The notes beneath the pieces were generated by a model. The model did no database searches and was not told the DNA's origin. It saw only the letters and a list, made by a program, of their open reading frames with translations. Shown one piece after another: positions 58,080-64,000 of a DNA stretch of 64,000 nt; within the stretch, counting starts at the first letter, position 1, and every line of letters starts with the position of its first letter. The position numbers were made by a program, and so were the translations under genes. Source of the DNA: Opitutales bacterium. Lineage in GTDB: Bacteria > Verrucomicrobiota > Verrucomicrobiia > Opitutales > JABSRG01. The stretch lies in assembly GCA_049599475.1 (NCBI GenBank), contig JBMYOQ010000004.1, forward strand, positions 1-64,000, read 5' to 3'.

Positions 58080-60128
58080 ATGTCAGAAAATAAGCCTTCA
58101 AACAAACCCTCTCAAGGAGGGAACGGTCAACCACCCGAACGTTTTCAACCCAAGGTAATTCTAATTTGGCTCGTCATATTTGCCGCTATCATCGGCGTAT
58201 GGTCGCTTAACGGTGTCCAGCAAGGGCAAATTCGCACGATGACAATACCTGAGGTGATCGCCGCTGTTGAAAATAACGAAGTCGATGGTGGTTCTATGTA
58301 TCAAGATTCCCAAGGGGGAATGTTCTACTATGTGATTGAGGGCACTCTGATTCCTAGTGAGCAGCTTTCTATCGATGGCGATGTAGTTCCTCCAGCACCC
58401 GATGCGCTGGGCACTCCATTCCGCGCAGAAGGCCGAGTGACCGATGAGCAAATCGGTGTCCTTCAAGGTTCTTTCCGCGAGGAGCGTGGTGGCAATTATA
58501 TGATGGAGCTTGTTTTCGGACTGCTTCCATTCGTTATCATCATCGCTCTGCTTTACTTCCTCTTTATCCGCCAACTCAGAAATGCCGGTAAGGGCGCAAT
58601 GAGCTTCGGTAAGAGCAAAGCTAAGATGCTCACACGCGAGCGCGACCGTATTACCTTCAAGGAAGTTGCGGGTTGCGATGAGGCCAAGGAAGAGGTCTCC
58701 GAAGTCGTGGACTTTTTAAAGGACCCTAAGAAATTTCAGCGTATCGGTGGGCGTATCCCGAAGGGTGTTCTCATGGTGGGCCCTCCAGGAACTGGTAAAA
58801 CTTTGCTTGCTCGTGCAGTAGCCGGGGAGGCTGAGGTGCCGTTTTTCAGCATCAGTGGTTCAGACTTTGTTGAAATGTTTGTTGGCGTCGGTGCGGCACG
58901 TGTTCGTGATATGTTTGAACAGGGCCGCAAAAACGCTCCATGTATCATTTTTATCGATGAGATCGACGCCGTCGGCCGCCAGCGTGGTGCTGGTCTAGGT
59001 GGTGGCAATGATGAGCGCGAGCAGACTCTGAATTCGCTTCTTGTTGAGATGGATGGTTTCGATGGGCACGAAGGTGTGATTATCATCGCGGCGACAAATC
59101 GTCCCGACGTATTGGATAACGCGCTCTTGCGCCCGGGCCGCTTCGACCGTCAGGTAGTCATCGATTTACCGGACCTCAATGGCCGTCACGAAATTTTGAA
59201 TGTCCACTCCAAGAAAATCGCTCTGTCTAAGACGGTAGACTTGGAAGTCGTGGCCCGCAATACTCCTGGGTTTAGCGGAGCAGACCTCGCGAATCTTCTG
59301 AATGAAGCAGCGCTGGTTGCTGCACGAGGAAACAAGAAGGAAGTGACCCATCAGGAAATTGACGAGGCGCGCGAGAAAATCGCATTTGGTCGTGAGCGTC
59401 GCAAACTCATGGATGAAGAGGATCGCCGCATCATCGCTTGGCACGAAGCTGGGCACGCGATCGTCTCAGCAGCTATCAATGACAAGGTTTTACCCGTTCA
59501 TAAGGTAACAATCATCCCGCGCGGACAATCTCTGGGCAGCGTAAGCTATATTCCATCGAAGGATATTTTGAATCAGTCTAAGCGTAGAATGGTTGATCAA
59601 ATGTGCACAGCGATGGGAGGGCGCGCTGCGGAAGAGATCGTGATTGGCGATATCACCAGTGGAGCCTCTGCGGATATCCGTGCAGCGACAAAAATCGCCC
59701 GGAGTATGGTCTGTGATTGGGGTATGAGTGATCTAGGGCCCGTTGCTTACGGCGAAAATCAGGACCATGTATTTTTAGGGAAAGAAATTTCTCGAAATCA
59801 GAATTACTCCGAAGAGACCGCCCGAAAAATTGATAAGGCCATCTACGACCTCGTAGAAGGGCAGCACGAGCGCGCGGTTGCGATCCTTACCGAGCACAGA
59901 AAGGCATTGGATACATTGGCAGAATCCCTTCTCGAGTTTGAGACTCTCGAAGGAAAGCATGTCATGGAAATTCTGGAGACGGGTTCAATTCAGTCGCCAA
60001 TCACGCCTGTTAAGAAGGATGATGAAGAGCCAGAGAAGTCTGATACTCCTCCAGCGCTTCACCCGAAGAAAAAGGAGAACAAGGATGATGGCAATTTCGG
60101 TGGTGAGCCGGCCGGAGTCCCTGCTTGA
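58080..60128 (+). CDS. ftsH: ATP-dependent zinc metalloprotease FtsH
   Basis: Two TM segments, [27 protein letters not shown]. Confidence 0.98.
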   Translation: MSENKPSNKPSQGGNGQPPERFQPKVILIWLVIFAAIIGVWSLNGVQQGQIRTMTIPEVIAAVENNEVDGGSMYQDSQGGMFYYVIEGTLIPSEQLSIDGDVVPPAPDALGTPFRAEGRVTDEQIGVLQGSFREERGGNYMMELVFGLLPFVIIIALLYFLFIRQLRNAGKGAMSFGKSKAKMLTRERDRITFKEVAGCDEAKEEVSEVVDFLKDPKKFQRIGGRIPKGVLMVGPPGTGKTLLARAVAGEAEVPFFSISGSDFVEMFVGVGAARVRDMFEQGRKNAPCIIFIDEIDAVGRQRGAGLGGGNDEREQTLNSLLVEMDGFDGHEGVIIIAATNRPDVLDNALLRPGRFDRQVVIDLPDLNGRHEILNVHSKKIALSKTVDLEVVARNTPGFSGADLANLLNEAALVAARGNKKEVTHQEIDEAREKIAFGRERRKLMDEEDRRIIAWHEAGHAIVSAAINDKVLPVHKVTIIPRGQSLGSVSYIPSKDILNQSKRRMVDQMCTAMGGRAAEEIVIGDITSGASADIRAATKIARSMVCDWGMSDLGPVAYGENQDHVFLGKEISRNQNYSEETARKIDKAIYDLVEGQHERAVAILTEHRKALDTLAESLLEFETLEGKHVMEILETGSIQSPITPVKKDDEEPEKSDTPPALHPKKKENKDDGNFGGEPAGVPA

Positions 60129-60146
60129 TTCAAAATTTTAAAATTT

Positions 60147-60184
60147 AAAAGCCGTCAGATGTAATCCACCTGGCGGCTTTTTTT
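60147..60184 (+). terminator. Intrinsic terminator after ftsH
   Basis: aaaagccgtcag / ctggcggc followed by ttttttt. Confidence 0.85.
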
Positions 60185-60262
60185 ATACCTGGCCAGCTGG
60201 ACGTTCGCTGTGCTTATGCGGTTTCTCGAAAGTATTTTCGTGAACTCACGTTTTATAGGGTT

Positions 60263-60343
60263 GCAGCCGCGGCACTCTGCTGCCGCGCACTCGAGTCTGC
60301 TTAAGTGCTGGCGCTCCAGCAGAGTGCAGAGTGGGGCGGCTAC
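60263..60343. repeat. Inverted REP family A doublet
   Basis: gcagccgcggcactctgctgccgcg (60263-60287) and inverted copy 60311-60343 carrying a 7-bp tandem duplication cagagtg. Confidence 0.7.
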
Positions 60344-60917
60344 AACAAGCATTGCTAAGAATAAGCGAAAGCATTTTTGAGAAATGTTATATACCTAAGC
60401 CTTTGTTTGGCTATCGGTCGGCTCACTGGAACGGTTTACCCTCTACCATTTCAGTGCGGAAACACTTTTGAGAGATCGTAGCAAATCGGATTTACCCTTT
60501 TCGTATTCACCTCTGATACGGATGGTAGGAGTAGGTAATCTAGTCCTAAAGTGCCGCCCTGATCGGAGCTATTGGTTTGGTGACAAAAATGTGGCGATCA
60601 TGTAAAATTTAACCCGGGCGTGGTAGATAATATTTAGACCCAAATTTCTGAAGAAATTTGCTTGGCAATTTCACAGGAAAGAAGCGGATGCCTCTTTTTT
60701 CACTTATTTACTGGGGAGATCGCCGAAGCATGTTTGCTCATCCCAATGATGAAGAATGAGCCTTTATTACAAATTGGCTACATTCGGAGGAAATCAGCAA
60801 TTTTCATTAATAAATACTGGATTGACTTCGTGTCTCAGTAAGACGCTTTCACCCAATGAAAGTTTCTAATCAAATTTTTACAATCCGCTCATCATTTGGG
60901 CTTTTGTAATACTTGGT

Positions 60918-61754
60918 ATGCTTTCCGCTAGATCCCGAATCACACAGAATATTTATCCTCCGATTACAACCTATACCAACATGAATCGCGTTCTATTTAT
61001 GAACAAAGCACTACTCATCGCCGGTTTCTGCTCGCTCAGCACCTTCTCATGCCTCTCGGCTCAAACAGCTGTTGAGAAAGCGCGTAACACACTCTCTGAA
61101 CTCGTTCGGACGAAAAAAGACATCGTGGAGAGTAAGTCAGCTTGGGAGACCGAGAAAGAGATCTTGGAGGCTACTATTAAGTCTTTGAAGGATGAACTTG
61201 AAATGCTTGAGACCAGGATTGAGGAGTCAGAGAAGCAGCGCGCTGAATCGGATGGAACACGTGCTCGCCTCAATGAAACTAACGGGAAGCTCAAGGAGCA
61301 ATTGGATGGGTTTGTGACCGTCGTATCTGGCTTTGAAAAGAAGCTGATAGAATTGCTTCCATATCTTCCAGAGCCTCTCCTTGATGAAATCGGGAAACTC
61401 ACAGATAAACTCCCTCGGGATGGTAAGAGTAGTCTTGATGCGCCGCGTCGGGCACTGATTGTGTTAGGGATCCTTCAAGGCATCGATAAATTTCAGACAT
61501 CGGTAACGACCCACAAGCTACTTCTTGAAATTGAAGGGAAAGAAGAGAAGGAATATTCGGTCATGTTTTATGGCCTAGCGACTGCGTTCTTCGTGGACGA
61601 AGATATGACAACTGCGGGATATGGCAGCCCTTCGCCTGAGGGGTGGGTTTGGACAACCGACAACATTTTGGCGGAACGTGTCTTTGACGCGATCGAGATT
61701 GCAGAGCGTAAGAAGCTCGCTGAGTTCATCCCACTACCTGTAACCGTTCAGTAA
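60918..61754 (+). CDS. DUF3450-type periplasmic coiled-coil protein
   Basis: Signal peptide, long coiled coil, MFYGLATAFFV..AGYG..GWVW, FIPLPV; precedes exbB; start may be 60981 or 60999. Confidence 0.8.
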   Translation: MLSARSRITQNIYPPITTYTNMNRVLFMNKALLIAGFCSLSTFSCLSAQTAVEKARNTLSELVRTKKDIVESKSAWETEKEILEATIKSLKDELEMLETRIEESEKQRAESDGTRARLNETNGKLKEQLDGFVTVVSGFEKKLIELLPYLPEPLLDEIGKLTDKLPRDGKSSLDAPRRALIVLGILQGIDKFQTSVTTHKLLLEIEGKEEKEYSVMFYGLATAFFVDEDMTTAGYGSPSPEGWVWTTDNILAERVFDAIEIAERKKLAEFIPLPVTVQ

Positions 61755-61792
61755 ACAGAGCAACCTAGAGTATTTGAGAAAAGGATTTCAAA

Positions 61793-63172
61793 ATGAAGAT
61801 TAAATCATTCATCACTCTCGCAACTTTCGCAGCGGGCTCGGCCTCTCTATCGGCTCAGTCTCTAGAATCTGCAAGTGAGTCCATTCAAGCCGACTTGGAT
61901 GCTGCTCTCGAACAATATGCTGCCCTCCTTGAGGAGATTGGAGGCGAGAAGGTTCCTCTCGCTAACGAATTGAACGATCTCGAAGCGAAGGTAACTACAA
62001 AACGCCGTGAGGTCACGCGTGCGCAGCGCCTAGCGGACAACGCAGGCTCATCTGTTTCGCAATTGGAAACGGAGATAGAATCGCGAGAAAAGAGCATCAA
62101 CTACATGAGTAATACACTCAATGAGTATGTTCGTCAGTTTGAGATTTCTATCGATATTGCTGAGAAGCAGCTCTATTCGGAGATGATCGAGACTGTCCTC
62201 GACAATATTGAAAATGAAGAAATTTCTTCCGAAGAGAAATTCGATGCGCAGTTCGAAATCGTGGAGACTGGTTTGGCGCGCGTTGAGGATGTTTTGGGAG
62301 GTAAGAAATTTAACGGTTCCGCAATTATCCCTGGAGGTGAGAGCAAGGATGGCTCATTTGTTGTTTTGGGGCCTGTTTCGGTTTTCGCAGCTGCTGATGG
62401 ATCATCAGCAGGTATGGTGAGCCTGAAGGATCCAGTCCGTGCCAAGATCGTTGAAGTCGAGGGTGGGGAAGGTATCGCGAGCCTCGTTAACTCTGGCTCC
62501 GGCACTATTGTATTCGACCCGACACTCAATGATGCTCTCGAGCTCGATAAGGCTAAGGTTACCATCATCGATCAGGTTGAAGCGGGTGGTATCTGGGTAT
62601 GGCCGATCATCATCTCGTTCTTCCTCTCGATGCTAATCGGAGTATTCAAATTCTTTGAAATCTACAGCATCCGCACTCCAAAGGAGACTGACCTTCAGCA
62701 AACACTGCAGTATCTCGCGGATGGACAAGATGCCGATGCAGCGAAGTATGCTCGTGGTATTTCTGGACCTTTTGGCAAGCTTTTCCAAGACGCTGTCAAG
62801 CACGCGAAAAGCAGTAAGGAGCTACTTGAAGAGGTGCTTTACGAGAGAATGCTCGAAACACAACCTCAGGTTGAACGCCTACTACCTATCATTGCGGTAA
62901 CGGCGGCTACTGCTCCGCTTCTGGGTCTTCTCGGAACGGTTACGGGTATGATCAATACCTTCCAGCAGATCACTCTGTTCGGAACTTCAGACGCGTCCAA
63001 ACTTGCTGGTGGTATTTCTGAAGCGTTGATTACGACAATGTTTGGTCTTATCGCGGCCATCCCATCACTCGTGGTTCACGCACTTCTTGCACGCCGTGCT
63101 CAAGGTATTTTGGCCGCAATGGAGAAATACTCTGCGGCGTTTATCAACGGCCTGGAAAGCTCAAAGAAATAG
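61793..63172 (+). CDS. exbB: MotA/TolQ/ExbB proton channel with periplasmic coiled-coil extension (TtpC-like)
   Basis: GGIWVWPI, APLLGLLGTVTGMI, AGGISEALITT..GL..AIP. Confidence 0.9.
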   Translation: MKIKSFITLATFAAGSASLSAQSLESASESIQADLDAALEQYAALLEEIGGEKVPLANELNDLEAKVTTKRREVTRAQRLADNAGSSVSQLETEIESREKSINYMSNTLNEYVRQFEISIDIAEKQLYSEMIETVLDNIENEEISSEEKFDAQFEIVETGLARVEDVLGGKKFNGSAIIPGGESKDGSFVVLGPVSVFAAADGSSAGMVSLKDPVRAKIVEVEGGEGIASLVNSGSGTIVFDPTLNDALELDKAKVTIIDQVEAGGIWVWPIIISFFLSMLIGVFKFFEIYSIRTPKETDLQQTLQYLADGQDADAAKYARGISGPFGKLFQDAVKHAKSSKELLEEVLYERMLETQPQVERLLPIIAVTAATAPLLGLLGTVTGMINTFQQITLFGTSDASKLAGGISEALITTMFGLIAAIPSLVVHALLARRAQGILAAMEKYSAAFINGLESSKK

Positions 63173-63208
63173 TTGGGACAGTCATCCTAGCACCACTTTG
63201 ACACTATT

Positions 63209-63817
63209 ATGGAAGAAACATTCATAGAGGCTTTTATCCGGATCTGGAACGGAGGCGGCTCTTTGATGATTCCTTTGGCGGCTCTCGCAGCATTTACCTA
63301 CTACACCGGTTTCGAATTATATTTTCACTTCGGAAGCGGCAATTACTTGAAGGTAAAATACGACGAGGTTGTCGACTGGATTTATACACCTTCAAAGGCC
63401 AAGGGAGAGGTCGGAGAGATCATCAATTATTGCTTTGATGGCTCCACGTCACTGGCTGACATTCAAAATCGCTATGCAGAGGTTCGCGCCGCGCATATTC
63501 CGCGAGTAGATAGGAGAATTGTTTTCCTCGGAGTTCTAATATCTATCGCACCCTTAATGGGGCTTTTGGGAACAGTTATGGGGATGCTCGAGACATTCGA
63601 CGGGCTTACCCGAAATGTCGGAAGAACGATCGACCTTATCGCTGGCGGTATTTCTGAGGCTCTCATCACCACACAAACGGGGCTAATGATTGCGATCCCT
63701 GGATATATCATCGTCTACATGGTGGTGCGCCGTCGCAATAAATTAGACGCTTTCATTACGCGTATGGAGTCCGTCTCCATGCAACGTATGGATGAATCTC
63801 TAAAGGCTGCTCAATAA
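63209..63817 (+). CDS. exbB: MotA/TolQ/ExbB proton channel
   Basis: APLMGLLGTVMGM, AGGISEALITTQTGL..AIP. Confidence 0.9.
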   Translation: MEETFIEAFIRIWNGGGSLMIPLAALAAFTYYTGFELYFHFGSGNYLKVKYDEVVDWIYTPSKAKGEVGEIINYCFDGSTSLADIQNRYAEVRAAHIPRVDRRIVFLGVLISIAPLMGLLGTVMGMLETFDGLTRNVGRTIDLIAGGISEALITTQTGLMIAIPGYIIVYMVVRRRNKLDAFITRMESVSMQRMDESLKAAQ

Positions 63818-64000
63818 TGGCTAAACAAAGAAAAACATTAAGCGGTCCTGGAGATGTGAGTGATGTGGATATCTCACCACTCATCGACATGGTCTTCATC
63901 CTACTGATCTTCTTCATCGTCGCGGCTGTTTTCATTGAAGAGCCGGGAGTCGAGGTCGACCGGGTCATCACCGTATCGGGTGATAAGCTGAAGAAGAAAT
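63817..64000 (+). CDS. exbD: ExbD/TolR, truncated by the window end
   Basis: TAATG overlap with the upstream stop; translates as MAKQRK..VDISPLIDMVFILLIFFIV. Confidence 0.9.
   Translation, partial: MAKQRKTLSGPGDVSDVDISPLIDMVFILLIFFIVAAVFIEEPGVEVDRVITVSGDKLKKK

Noticed and set aside
60155..60352. 65-aa ORF on the minus strand after ftsH
   Set aside because: Spans the terminator and REP doublet; spurious
1..64000. CRISPR array, tRNA, rRNA, IS, integrase or prophage
   Set aside because: No regularly spaced repeats, cloverleaf, rRNA-like stretch or transposase/integrase ORF recognised by eye

Overview
Bacterial chromosomal window, most likely a marine Verrucomicrobiota (Opitutales-like) genome, inferred from a Verru_Chthon-A/PilX-like gene, several sulfatases, a DUF3450-exbB-exbB-exbD cluster and the lack of susCD. 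About 1-46 kb is a carbohydrate-utilisation island. It holds a Gfo/Idh/MocA + Kelch-SSS transporter + (alpha/alpha)6 operon, a HEAT-sulfatase, two CBM6 proteins with unassigned catalytic domains, a XylR-type regulator, two GH2, a NarL-type two-component system, GH110, a giant pilin-like protein, a GH150 lambda-carrageenase-like protein, two more sulfatases, a DUF1080/Gfo-Idh-MocA/DUF1080 module and a VWA-ECF sigma-FecR cassette in which FecR is frameshifted. About 46.6-64 kb is mostly housekeeping (fmt, dgt, LOG, tyrS, serS, tilS, ftsH, exbB/exbD). The main signals are a candidate SusCD-free lambda-carrageenan pathway and four promoters that share a 16-bp 7-2-7 palindrome placed 23-24 nt upstream of a TAnnnT -10 box, a putative regulon. 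Three GTAG-type REP families with compensatory stem changes also occur. No rRNA, tRNA, CRISPR array or transposase was recognised. All family calls come from motif recognition by eye, not database searches.
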